A stretch of 63,699 nucleotides of DNA, the filler included, from Corallochytrium limacisporum Hawaii (lineage: Eukaryota; Protista; Pluriformea): NCBI GenBank assembly GCA_002811645.1. It is 4 parts of 4 records of this genome, joined end to end, with 100 filler letters (N's around TTAATTAATTAA, not from the genome) between each part and the next. Parts side by side here need not be neighbours in the genome. Positions count along the whole stretch, not along the records: positions 1 to 21,018 come from PDIP01000109.1; 3 more parts are not named here. The stretch is one strand, 5' to 3'. Shown here piece by piece: positions 1-11,300 of the stretch; the stretch's first letter is position 1; each line of letters begins with the position of its first letter. A program made the translations under genes and the position numbers. Below the pieces are notes generated by a model, which was given only the letters and a program-made list of their open reading frames with translations, had not been told where the DNA came from and searched no databases.

Positions 1-23
1 CCCTAACCCTAACCCTAACCTAA
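1..23. repeat. Telomeric repeat (CCCTAA)3 + CCTAA (TTAGGG-type chromosome end)
   Basis: The window begins ccctaa-ccctaa-ccctaa-cctaa, with the C-rich strand at the 5' end as expected for a left telomere. Confidence 0.85.
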
Positions 24-150
24 TACGATCATCGCAGCAATCGGTAGTGATGGCACAAGCAGGCGGATTGACGCACTGGGCGTCGGAGATGGGAGACGCA
101 AAGGTCATGCCAACGAGGGCTCCGAAGAAAATGGCGGTTGGTACCTGCAT
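1..150 (-). pseudogene. 5' fragment of a secreted Cys-rich protein gene truncated by the telomere
   Basis: Manual translation from the ATG at 150: MQVPTAIFFGALVGMTFASPISDAQCVNPPACAITTDCCDDRIR, then LGLGLG from the telomere repeats, with no stop. Signal peptide GALVGMTFASP matches GALVGMASASP of the gene starting at 61624. Both genes have the tcaacATG start context. Confidence 0.75.
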
Positions 151-329
151 GTTGACGTGCTCAGTATGCTGATCTGCGGGCGTGGACGATATTGAAAGTA
201 AATTAATTGTGGTGTAATTGAGCTTGGATTGGAGGGTACAATTGGTCTCTATCATTCGACACAGTGTCCTTTAAATAGCTGCTTGTGCCCGTTTGCGTGA
301 CCTACTGCACATCATACATTTACTGATGT

Positions 330-2820
330 GCAACAGATGTCCTGCGGACACATCGGAGCCTCCACAGATTGTTTGAAAGTTGAAATCCTCCACGCCCCGT
401 TAGTCATCGCAAACCAGTTATTGCCCCTTTTGGTCAGGCCTTGAGCACCAGCGGGCTTTGAATGGGGACAACTGTCTCCATACTCTGCAGTCAATCCTCT
501 GCGGCAGTATCTGGTACCAAGCATACATGAAAATAATCAAGAGAGAAATTTGAGGGACCAGCAGCTACACTCATGCTTGACGACCACAAGACATACCAGT
601 GTATCCATAGTAAGAGACGAACTATGCACTCTCTTGGGGATGGTGATCGTCCGCACGGTCGATTTACTGACGAAACGGAAAGTTTAGGATCTGATCTCCC
701 GTAGGAAGGTACAATAAGGTCTCCAGTACCTAGCACTAAATTGTTGACACTGTGTACAACGGAAGGTATGGCTATAATATTGTACTACCCCAAATATAGG
801 ACCACAGTTGAGTGCTCTAATATGATCGTAGCATGGACCTGTACAAGTAAGTGATAGTCCCGCGATGTTCATTTCCTATCTGCCGCGGCACTACCCGCCC
901 AAGCCGTCCGGGCAAGGAAACTCCACGATGGAAAGTGCGCTCTTTGGCAATGGGGTGCGAAGGCGGGGACGAAATCTAGGCGGGCAAGACAAAGTCCTCG
1001 AAAATCCCCCGCCCGTTGCCCTGATAGGCGGCACATTGGACACTTGGACGCTCCACGGGGGTACCACGTTACGGTCATTTTTTCATTCGTTTGTAACCGT
1101 ATGGAACCCTGTAAAACAGATGTCAACCCTAAATTTAGTCCCTGTATGGAAGTTCATTGCCTTAGCTCGATGCGGCTCGCCAGCTAGATGTGGTCTGAAT
1201 ACTCAATGCCATTGACGGGGCACAAGTCAACGCCACGAGAGTCGGCGATGGGGTATCATTGCCAATTTGAACCGTTCATTGACTTAGTCATGGGGCCGCC
1301 CTGAGAGACTGTACGGGGGCGGGCACATACTCAGTGGGTATAAGCCCGTCCCCTCTATTATGTCTATTCTTAACGCCTTCCCGAGCCCGATATCTAATTG
1401 TTCGGCTGCTGACATATGATTTGCATAGCCAGGTGGTTTGTTTTCTAGTGGCTATCGCAGAAAGATCCTCTCCCATTCCCACCCAACCCTCCCCCGGATG
1501 GGGGGGGAGGCGGAAAAATGGCTTGCCCGCTCTCCCAGGTATCAGCCGCTGGTGATTACACGGATGGAACCACGCCACGTAGTTATTCAAAATGCCCCAC
1601 TGTAATCTAGGATTTTGTAAGAGAGGTTGGTAGTCGGCGAGAAGCACACTACGACCACCGATGGAATACGCCAAAATGGCAACCTGTGCAACCGTGGTGG
1701 CCGCACCGGCGACAATAGATACAATACTGACCGTGTCGTTGAATTGATCCGCTACATAAGTAGCGTCACGGGGTCGGCGTTGTTGGCATTGGCAACAGTT
1801 ATCTTCAGGGTAATTAGGACAAGGGTCGACGCAGTCCGCAGCTACATCACTATCCAAGCCAGTGTCTCATACCTAACCTTAACCCCAAAACCTAACATGA
1901 ACATCAATGGTCCACAGATAGACTCTCTAGCTATTGGACGGCAACTAACTCCATGTGTGCAGGAGGAGTACCACTTTCGTCTTCGTTGGTCAAGAATTGA
2001 GTTTGTGAACCTTCTCTACCCGTCCGGTTGCTATCGAGCACGTCTGGTGCCTCATGGAGGTGTGTATTTCTCATTTTGCCGTAATTGGCTGTACGCAGCA
2101 AACATGAGCACTCAAGCACAAGAGCAAGAGAGAATTGACATGAGAGCACAATCAGAGTCGAGAATGAATGGATCTTCCCGGTCCCAGTCGTGTGGCTTTA
2201 TTGATGTCCGTCCACGACGACCCCTTCCATTTCCGGTCAGCACAATTGCCGGCTTTGGCAGACACGCACGCACGAACTGGCCCGGATCCCGCCTTAGCGA
2301 TGGCCACCTTCATCAACTGTACACATACCTCCGTCTTTCCCGGTGCGGCAGAACCTGAAGAAGTCCCTATGGTCAACGTACTACCCTCAGTGTCTCCTGA
2401 TGTTCCGCCGTGTTTGAGAGAAGCGAAGCCATTTCTCCAAGCTAGAGCCGTCCGCAAAGTTTTTTTTTGGGTGGTGAGTAAGTGTCCTACCGGGAGGACG
2501 GAAAAAATTCAACGGAAAGTGAGAGGGTGGGCTTCTCAGAGAAGAAGCGAAGGACATTCGGTACCCCACAACGCGACCAAAAAAAAAATTATGGGCCGGA
2601 GTTTGAATCATAGCACCCCATTAATCGCCCTGGATCTCATACCGAAAAGTCCAAGCCTGCGCTTTTCATGAATGGGACTTGAGGATAGGGATCCCCGTTG
2701 GCTGCTTCGTTCGTCTCAAACACGGTAGAAGCGGAACGGATGGCCAACCCGAGGGACACTCAGTCTCCTCAGTACCGGCGCGCACTTGCCACAGTGGAGA
2801 GCTAACAATCTGGCAACTGT

Positions 2821-2872
<52 letters not shown>

Positions 2873-3500
2873 TCTCTCTCTCTCTCCCTCTCGCTCTTCT
2901 CGCAATCTGTCTCCAGGTGGTGTGTGAGAGGGAGGACATCGAGGAATGCGGTAATGAAAGGGGAGCAGGCGACAGCCAACGGAAGAGTTGGCGCATGCAG
3001 CAAGCACACAGAGGTACCGGAACCGGGGGAAAGGGGGGGGGGACACCCGACAGAAATTTCTTTCTTAGGGCCAGAGTGGCCCGGCCCCGGGAGGAAGGGA
3101 ACGGGCTTGGGACCCACTTGTCAGCAGGGGGCGAGGGAAACTCAGCGGCCAGGCTGTGCCGTGTTCGAAACGTACGTTTGTGAGATACCAGAGGATCGTC
3201 TGTGATTGGGGCTTGACATCGTCCGTGCGCATCCCCATGGTGAAGAAGATGACTGAATGTGTTGTTTGTGGGAGATGTGACTAAAATAATCGTTCTCCAT
3301 ATCACCTCTGTGGGTTGCGCACAACGAAGTGTAACAATTATTGTCTCGCTCGTATCTGGTCCTACTAGTTGGCGACCTGCTGACCATCTGGGGAAGCATT
3401 TTGACATACATGCATCCCTCTGGCAAACAACATAAGTGAAAACATTGGCTGGTACAAACCATTGTGGGTGTGTTCATAGATCTTGTCACGGGCACAGCTA
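330..3500 (-). mobile_element. Highly degenerate Ty3/gypsy LTR-retrotransposon pol relic (RT-RNaseH-integrase order)
   Basis: Minus-strand fragments in canonical order: RT LPEGCMYVKMLPQMVSRSP...MENDY (~3240-3480); VSAKAGNCADRKWK and LLRTANYG (~2000-2300); RNase H RRPRDATY and GRSVLLADYQPLLQNPRLQWGILNNY...IPG (~1530-1860); integrase HTFRCTQCQQ, IPKRVHSSSLTMD and AQGLTKRGN (~330-870). Many frameshifts. By-eye match; boundaries approximate. Confidence 0.6.
2822..2890. repeat. (CT)n microsatellite
   Basis: Directly visible dinucleotide run. Confidence 0.95.
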
Positions 3501-3648
3501 CAAGAAGCCTATTGAATTGATCGGTCTGAGTGAGCTTTAGCTGTTGTCGATATTTACTATGTGAAGTCAGCTAAAAAATCTCATTACTAACGCTTAGACA
3601 GAGAAAGATACATAGATGTTCTTTACAGTTTATTGACAAAAGCCAAGT

Positions 3649-6030
3649 ATGAGATCTCAGGAAACGGATTTGAGTGGTCAGTCATTTACTTCAGCACCCG
3701 AAGATCAGGAGACGGAGGCGTCTCAGAGTTCACAGGAGAGACAGCCGTTGCTACATCCTACATTCGACAACGGTCGTTCACCCGTTTCAGAAGTTGACTT
3801 TTGGAACAAGTACCACCATGTCTCACAGGAAGATGTGACTGTGCGTGATCGTGTGAAAAATACTCTGAAGAGCGTGCGCTGCTGCCCAACATCCAAGGAA
3901 GAGTTGATGAAGATGGTTCACAAACGCATCCCAGCTACTTCCTGGATGCCCGAATATGAGACGAGAGTCTTTAAATCAGACTTGATGGCTGCCCTCACCA
4001 TTGCAGTGTTCAGCGTGCCTCAGAGTATGAGTTACGGTATCCTCGCTGGACTGCCTCCCCAGTATGGTTTGTACACATCAACATTCCCCTGTATCGTGTA
4101 CGCATTCCTGGGAACGTCACGACAGCTTAGCCTTGGTGCGTTTTCGGTAACTTCACTTCTATCACGAGAAGCAGTGACTTCCATAGTCGGCGACGGTAGC
4201 ATTGACGGGTCCACAACGAACATTAAGCCAGAATTCATTGAAGCATCGATTGCTTTGTGTTTCATAGTTGGGGTGCTGCAATTGCTTATGGGCATCCTGA
4301 GAATGAGTGTCGTTACCCTTTTCTTAAGCGAGGCTCTACTTTCCGGGTACACCTGTGCTGCGGCTTTCAACATTGCCACCACGCAGATCAAACAGTTTGC
4401 GGGTATTACAGCACCACGATACGACGGTCCTGGGGGAATGTTCCGCACCTGGGGTTGGTATCTCAAGGAGCTCCCGAATTGGAACCCTGCTGATTTTGTG
4501 TGTGGTCTAATTGGTGTGCTATTGCTGCTGGCTATCCGACAGATCAATATCCGGTACAAGGAGAAGCTGTTCATGCCCATCCCTGGTGAATTAATAGTGT
4601 GCAGTGTTGCCATTCTGACCTCTTGGCTTGGAGATCTGGAGCATGCTGTCGGACTGAGCCTGTTAGGGGATGTGCAGTCAGGTCTGCCCACTCCTTCAGT
4701 GCCGAAGTTTGACGCTGGTTTCAGCACACTCGTAGTGAATGCTATTCCTATGGCCATCATTGGCTTTGTTATTTCCATTTCTGTTGCAAAAACGTTTGGT
4801 AAGCAGCATGGCAACGCCACAAGTGCTTCTCAGGAACTGTACGCCTATGGCGCGTCTGCCATATTTGGCTCCTTCTTCCACAGCATCACACCTTCTGGCA
4901 GTCTCAGCTGTAGTGCCGTAGCCAACGGAGCTGGCATGAAGACGCAGCTTGCCGCTCTGATGCAAAGTGGTATCTTGATGATGGTCCTTCTGTTTGCCAC
5001 ACCTGCCTTCGCTTATCTGCCTACTGCCATTTTGGGAGCTGTGATCATGGTCGCCGTCCGCGGCCTGATGCTGCAGATCAAGGATGCAAAGACTTACGCC
5101 CGCGTTAAAATTGATGATTTCTACGTTTGGGTTATCTCCTTTGTCGGTGCCCTCGTTTTTAGCCTCACCTATGGTATTGTTATCGCACTCGGTGCCAACT
5201 TGGCAGTTATAGTCATCCGTACATCTCGCCCATCCATTCAACTGCTGGGTTGGATCCCCGACACAGAGATCTATCGAGACATTGACCGTGTTGCAGAAGC
5301 CGTTGAAGTCAAGGGCGTGTCCATTATGAGATTTAATTCCTCCATCTACTACAGCAATTCTCGTTTCATGATGGAGCATTGTATTCGCGTAATCAACAAC
5401 GCTGCACGCCCAATCCATTCGTTTGTGCTGGATTTCAATCCTGTCAACGACATAGACACTGCTGGTGTCAAGATGATGGTAGAACTGCAGGAAGAGTTGC
5501 GCAGACGTCAGGTCACGCTGTATTTGGCTGTGTGCAAGAGCACAGTCCGCGATGTGCTTCTCCGCTGTGGCTTCTATGACAACGAAGACAATCTGAGCCA
5601 CATTTTCGTGTCTCTGCATGATGCTGTGGTTTTTGCATGCCACAGTGGTGTTGATGGACCCATCTCCCCGGCCAGTAGTGATTCTCCCGTTTCACCTCAT
5701 CAATTAGCTCGCCAGTCCGCTTCAACCCTTACTGAGGAAGGAAGACGGTCATCTTTCCGCTTAAATCACAGAGCAGTCAGTGATATGCTGCACGGAGCAG
5801 ATATAAACATTAGCATGATGAACGCTGCCGACTCTGACACTGATGACGAGATGTACCACATACCTCTGTCCATGAGAAGTCGACCCAGTGTTCCCTCCGA
5901 GGGCATCCGTTCACCAAACCGAATGCCTTACGCTGCCCACCGCCACACTTATGCCATGGAACTACCTGTAATCATACCGCAGGGCACCCAAATCCTGCGA
6001 CCCAGCCCGTCCATAGACAGTGATTCATGA
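3649..6030 (+). CDS. SLC26/SulP anion transporter with C-terminal STAS domain
   Basis: 793 aa. SDLMAALT..VPQSMSY..LAGLPPQYGLY..YAFLGTSRQLSLG signature, multiple TM helices, SQEL motif, STAS motif LDFNPVNDIDTAG. Confidence 0.95.
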   Translation: MRSQETDLSGQSFTSAPEDQETEASQSSQERQPLLHPTFDNGRSPVSEVDFWNKYHHVSQEDVTVRDRVKNTLKSVRCCPTSKEELMKMVHKRIPATSWMPEYETRVFKSDLMAALTIAVFSVPQSMSYGILAGLPPQYGLYTSTFPCIVYAFLGTSRQLSLGAFSVTSLLSREAVTSIVGDGSIDGSTTNIKPEFIEASIALCFIVGVLQLLMGILRMSVVTLFLSEALLSGYTCAAAFNIATTQIKQFAGITAPRYDGPGGMFRTWGWYLKELPNWNPADFVCGLIGVLLLLAIRQINIRYKEKLFMPIPGELIVCSVAILTSWLGDLEHAVGLSLLGDVQSGLPTPSVPKFDAGFSTLVVNAIPMAIIGFVISISVAKTFGKQHGNATSASQELYAYGASAIFGSFFHSITPSGSLSCSAVANGAGMKTQLAALMQSGILMMVLLFATPAFAYLPTAILGAVIMVAVRGLMLQIKDAKTYARVKIDDFYVWVISFVGALVFSLTYGIVIALGANLAVIVIRTSRPSIQLLGWIPDTEIYRDIDRVAEAVEVKGVSIMRFNSSIYYSNSRFMMEHCIRVINNAARPIHSFVLDFNPVNDIDTAGVKMMVELQEELRRRQVTLYLAVCKSTVRDVLLRCGFYDNEDNLSHIFVSLHDAVVFACHSGVDGPISPASSDSPVSPHQLARQSASTLTEEGRRSSFRLNHRAVSDMLHGADINISMMNAADSDTDDEMYHIPLSMRSRPSVPSEGIRSPNRMPYAAHRHTYAMELPVIIPQGTQILRPSPSIDSDS

Positions 6031-6274
6031 GAGAGGATATAAGGTGAGAGTCATTATGAATCTGTCCTACAAACACAAGCACTAATCCATAAGAGCTAGA
6101 TATTAGTAAACAAGAGGTTGGGACTCTCGGCCAGCCCGCACATTCACATATATATCATGTGCCGGCTGCCTAAATTACAGAAAGTAGTAGCAAGAAGTAG
6201 TATACTTGGGTTCATGTGTTCCAAATCCATGCTCACACCCTGGGAATCTATCAACGGCATCATAGAACTGGATG

Positions 6275-7243
6275 TTAAACCTGGTAGATCAAGTTGACCA
6301 TTCGGTACAGATTAGCATCGTCACTGATGTCCGGATCAATGTCTAGGTTCGCATAGTCTTTCAATGGTTCGTTGCTCACTAAACAAACTTTGCCGTTGAT
6401 TCCCTCTGCGGCAAGCATGACATTCACTGGTTTGACAATATCAGTCTCAACGTCGTCATAGCCGACAGGTCGGGGCAGTCCCATGTCGTCCCATTGGTCA
6501 AGTACGCTTAGGAGGCCAAGTTCCTTCTTGATAACGTCTCGATAGTTTCCATTGGTCACTGACGTTGGGACTATGTCCATGGCAAAGTAAACTGTCGTAT
6601 CCTTAAAGAATTTGCACACATTGGCAATGGTTTGGAGCGTCACAGGTCTTGGGAAGTACGCTGTGTTGCCTTCCCAAACGATGGTGGTTGGTTCATCCCG
6701 CTTGAGACCCCTCTCCTGGAATCGATGGAAAACATCATCAAAACTAGCAATGTAATCGCCGCCAATGATTACATTGTTATCATAGTTATAGCCCTCGAGG
6801 TCATAGCACATTTTTTTGTAGTCAGTTATGGCCTCCCTATCCACTTCAAAGTAGCGCGGTTCTGATTTTGTACCATCCGGCGTTTCGATCTCTGCCATTC
6901 GAATTGACCGCGTATCTAGCCCAGCACCTAAATTTACTACCTGAGTGGCAGGTTGGCGTTTGTTTTCAGGGTAACCAATCTCTCCTCTCACACTCTCGCG
7001 CAAAACTCTGTCAAAGAAATGAACCCGATGGGCATTCCATAGCCAACGATGCCCGCCGCAAAAGTTATCAACTTCTTCCTGCATATCATTGCCCTTAAAG
7101 AAGATCTTCAGGATCGGATCTTCTTCGGCTTTAATCCAACTTACAAAGAATGCAGTCCATGGAAGGTCCTTGTAGGCAGCATTGCGACGCTCAGCCAAGG
7201 CCTCCTTGCTGTGACTTGGCTGTTCCCGTATCTTGGTGGCCAT
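6275..7243 (-). CDS. Class I SAM-dependent methyltransferase, leucine-carboxyl-methyltransferase (LCM/ML2640-like) family
   Basis: QVVNLGAGLDTR SAM-binding motif, YFEVD, and PTTIVWEG..YF motifs. First ATG is at 7243. Confidence 0.85.
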   Translation of the reverse strand: MATKIREQPSHSKEALAERRNAAYKDLPWTAFFVSWIKAEEDPILKIFFKGNDMQEEVDNFCGGHRWLWNAHRVHFFDRVLRESVRGEIGYPENKRQPATQVVNLGAGLDTRSIRMAEIETPDGTKSEPRYFEVDREAITDYKKMCYDLEGYNYDNNVIIGGDYIASFDDVFHRFQERGLKRDEPTTIVWEGNTAYFPRPVTLQTIANVCKFFKDTTVYFAMDIVPTSVTNGNYRDVIKKELGLLSVLDQWDDMGLPRPVGYDDVETDIVKPVNVMLAAEGINGKVCLVSNEPLKDYANLDIDPDISDDANLYRMVNLIYQV

Positions 7244-7559
7244 GGTGAACACAGAATGTGTCTATGTCTAGTCAACGGCTCTAGCACAGAAATTTCTCTA
7301 ACTACAAGAGCTCAAAGAATGCTCGATCCATCTACCTGACTTGTATTGATAGCTTCACCAACAAACTAGCAGGGTCACTCGGCCACCTACCCTGAGTATC
7401 CTCGCCTAATCTTGCAGTCAACGGGACCCAACCCCGGCAATAGGAAACACGGACACGGAGGAGCAGGCGGGGTAACAGGTTTCACCAGATAGCTACGACC
7501 TCCCCTACACTTAAAAAATTACATAATGCCCATTCAATTTGTACTGTCCAACACCCCCC

Positions 7560-7960
7560 CACTGGTGTGGGGGGGTTCCGCCCCGCATAGTCTCCAATCC
7601 CCGTCTGCGCAAAGTTGGGGGAGTAGCTACGAGCTGGAGTTGGCGGGTTTTCGTGATAATTTCCTCGTGGTAGTTGCGTGCGTTAGGAAAATGTCATACC
7701 ACAACGAGGACTCTCCGTGGGCCAGAATAAAAGTCCGAAATCTGGTCAAAGTGAACACCAAGACTCAGTCTCTCAGGCCCGAGCAGGGTCCACACAGTCA
7801 GTCACCGACCCGCAGGGTGGGGTAGGGGAAGGTGCTGCTGCTGGTGCCCTGAGTCGTAGACAGGGCATTGAGCTTGTGTCCGTTGCCGCCGAATTTCGCA
7901 CAGCGGTGACAAAGGGTACCTATCGTATCAATTGATGGGGTCGTATGCGGGTAATTGGTG
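7560..7960 (+). mobile_element. Degenerate Ty3/gypsy integrase core relic
   Basis: LQSPSAQSWGS..AGFRDNFLVVVACVRKMSYH resembles GxDxILVVVDRLTKM. A shifted frame gives SVTD and RQGIELVSVAAEFRTAVTKGTYRIN, resembling GIxL..S+AxHPxTxGxxERxN. Confidence 0.55.
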
Positions 7961-8395
7961 GTGACTTTTTACTACTTGGTACACTTGGGTGTTTGTGCTG
8001 GTAGGGGCCGCCGTTACTGTTCTTCGCTCTCTTTCACCGTCGAGCCGATGGGAAAGGTAGGCTTTAATCCTACCCTTCGGTCAGCCGAGGACGCCCAAGA
8101 TCGGNNNNNNNNNNNNNNNNNNNNNNNNNNNNNNNNNNNNNNNNNNNNNNNNNNNNNNNNNNNNNNNNNNNNNNNNNNNNNNNNNNNNNNNNNNNNNNNN
8201 NNNNNNNNNNNNNNNNNNNNNNNNNNGGCCCCTGAGGAGGGGGTGGGGGGGGTTTGGGGAGCGGCGGGTGCGGGTTATTTCGTTTTCGTGTCTGGCAAAT
8301 GCGCTGCCCAGATGATCAGTGAGGCCCCAGTAAGGGCATGTTATCTATGTATTGACTTCTCTGTTCACTATACCTATTCACCCATAACCGCAGCT

Positions 8396-11300
8396 TCACC
8401 ACCCATGTTCCAGATCAGCACAAAGACCCCCAATGCACATTAGATCATAACAGCAGTCGCCGTCATGGCGGCATAACCCCATGTTCCACCTGCAACCCCC
8501 TTTGCATTGTTTGCCGTGAACCGAACTAAATTGGATGCACTCGCCATCGCAGCAGTCAAAGTGGTTCTGGCAACTCCGGTCAGCGTCGGTGTCTTTTGCC
8601 CAACAAGCCAGGTGGGACTCAGTGACATCAACATTGTATATAGCATTCTTGCACCCGAAGTGATTAGTATTGCATGTCTGACCTGGAACGTTGAGATAAT
8701 GAACTAAGTTGAGGTTTTGCGGCACATTGCGCAGAATCACAATCGGCTGTCCCGTACCAGTGACCTGAATGATGTAGTCTCCATTCACATATTCATACCT
8801 TAATCCGCTGTAGAAGCTCAGATAGTCTTTGCCACCAATTCCATATGCTGATGGGATGACAGTTATGGAGTCTCCTTCCGCGGGGTTGAAATCTTCAACA
8901 ATTGCGAGGCCACCATTTGCCACAAACCTATCGGGACCTCCGTTGCCAACCATTTCATCACTTCCTCCAGGACCAGTCAAGAAATGGTTACCTGTGTCAT
9001 CACCGACCATACGATCGTCCAGTGGGGTACCCTCTACTCCTGCCCTGCCATTCACAAACCAATGGTAGGCATCGGAGTGTCGAGTGTCCAAAGCAGGGAT
9101 GGTAGGGTCACATGAGATGGCAATTGACAGTGGGTTGCAGACAGCTTGAACCGTCATGCCCATCCATTCTGCGGTGTTCTTTGAGAAATCCATGGTCAAG
9201 GGTGACGTCGCTTCGGCGTACGATACAACAGGCGCTTTGTTTGCGTAAGTCCGGTACTCCCGAAAACTGGACGAGGCCGGCAAGACTGCATCTGCAGTGG
9301 GATAGCCAAATTCATGTACGGTACTAACCTGCATGGACCACAAGTTTTGCCTGAAGTCACTACTCCAGGTCACAGGCGCACTTGCCGCAATGGTGTCAGC
9401 AACGAAATCTTTAAGGTCGTCCAGTCTTACTATCGGTGCCTCGGTTAGTGATGCAGTGGCAGAGAATGGGTAGCCATCGATCCATACCCGGAATCCAGGA
9501 TATGCCATGAAGACACCGTTTTCATCGGGTTCAAAAGGTCCTTCTATGTCATTGCTCGTGTTCCAAAGATGCGGAAGGGCGATGCTACGGGGATGCCATG
9601 GTCCTGTTGAACAGGTCGGACCAGTTCCTGGAGCCTGAAAAACTGTCTTGAGAGCTTGATTAAAGGGAACTCCATTAACATGCGCTCCACCACTGTGAAG
9701 AAGGCTCAGGAGCCAAGGAACAACGAAGAGACTGAATCGGCCTTGCATCTTTGCATGCGTGGTCCCGGGGAAGGCAGCGGTATCAAATTCCTGCAGTGCA
9801 GTTCCGACCATGTTTTCATAGCTCTCGGGGGACTGAATGATACGCTTAACCCAGTCCAACATATTGCACTCTCCATTTAACATCTTGTTCCAATCCGGAG
9901 CGTTCCAGAACTTGTCAAGAAGGTCATCAAAGTCACAAGGCAAGAAAATGCGATTCGCACACTTGGGATCGATGGCATTACAATGGTGTGATGACGGAAT
10001 CAGGTGAGGATAGGCTTTGGCTAGCGAGTTGATGTAGTTTTCAGAGGAGTGTGCCGTTTTCAGACCGTCGTTGGTTACAGAGTCGATCTTCCTCTGACTG
10101 CCTACATGTTGCCAGAACCAAGGCCAGGTTGGAATCGGATCTGGGGACGTGGGTCTCCACTTGGGCTTGGCCCAGCTGGCGTTTGAAAAGGCTTCCCATC
10201 GACTGTGAACAATGCCATTTGCCACATATGCGCTTGAAATTGTGCTGCCATCGTTGGCTGGTTTCGGCCGTAGCGGTTTCATGGATCCAAAAACATGAAC
10301 ATAGTGGGGAAGATTCTTACGTAAGAGTCCCCGTTTGATGAGATCATACGCATGCAAACTAGCTGCAGCTCCACCCAATGAGTGTCCGGTAATTACCATG
10401 GCACCACATTCCCCACTGTCTGCAAAGTCCACGTATGCTTGAGTCATCTGGTTGATCATGGCATTAGTGTACCTAACCATGCCTGGCGAGCTCTTTACGT
10501 CATGAAAATCAGTATAGGGGAGCGTTGAAAGTGAATCCTTTAGGTTCTTCCACGATGAAAACGTGGTACCCTTCCACACTATGAAGCATGCCGGCATATT
10601 GCTGGTCCCATACTTCACTGCAGCACCCCATCGATACTCGCGGTCAACCTCAATCAATCGCACCTCCTGAGGACAGCCCCAGGCATCTTCTTTCCATTCA
10701 TTTACGCTGCCATACTTATCACCTCTAAACGGGTTATACACCCAGTTGCTGAGCAGAGCGGAGACATAGAGGACATGGTCAGCGCCGATGGCTTCGTCCA
10801 CACACCGACCAACCATAGGATCGTTAGAGAACAAACTGGAGCAGAAAGCGCCGTCTCGACACGGCAATTGCGACTTGGGTACTGTAGCACCCGCGGCAAC
10901 CTTGCTGTTGCCGTCCGAGTCCGAATAAAGTTCATTTTGATATTGCGTGTCACAGGGCTCCCCTAGTACAGGAAGCTCACTTTGATAGAAACAACGGCCT
11001 TTGTAGCATTCCAAACGTTCAACATCTGGATCAGAATCATCAGCACACTCATGCCACACATGACCATAGCCTTCAATGAAACCACATTGGTCATATTGGC
11101 TCACAACTGTCATGTCAGCACAGAATGTCGTGTCATCTTCAGACTCTGGCAGCGGGACACAAATAAGGCCATCCGGGCAGGCAATTTCAAGGTCGCACAG
11201 TATGAGATCTTCCAAGACCACATGAGTGGCGTTCTCTTGGTGAGCTGGACTGCTTACATTCAAAGCTGCATCCTCATTATCCTTTGCTTCTTCGAAGAAT

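Noticed and set aside
1288-1857. 189-aa ORF as a Cys-rich membrane protein gene
   Set aside because: Better explained as a decayed gypsy RNase H (ADYQPL..NPRLQW..NY).
1871-1896. Degenerate telomere-like hexamers (acctaa ccttaa ccccaa aacctaac) as an old healing site
   Set aside because: No perfect unit, and it lies within the collinear gypsy relic; probably chance.
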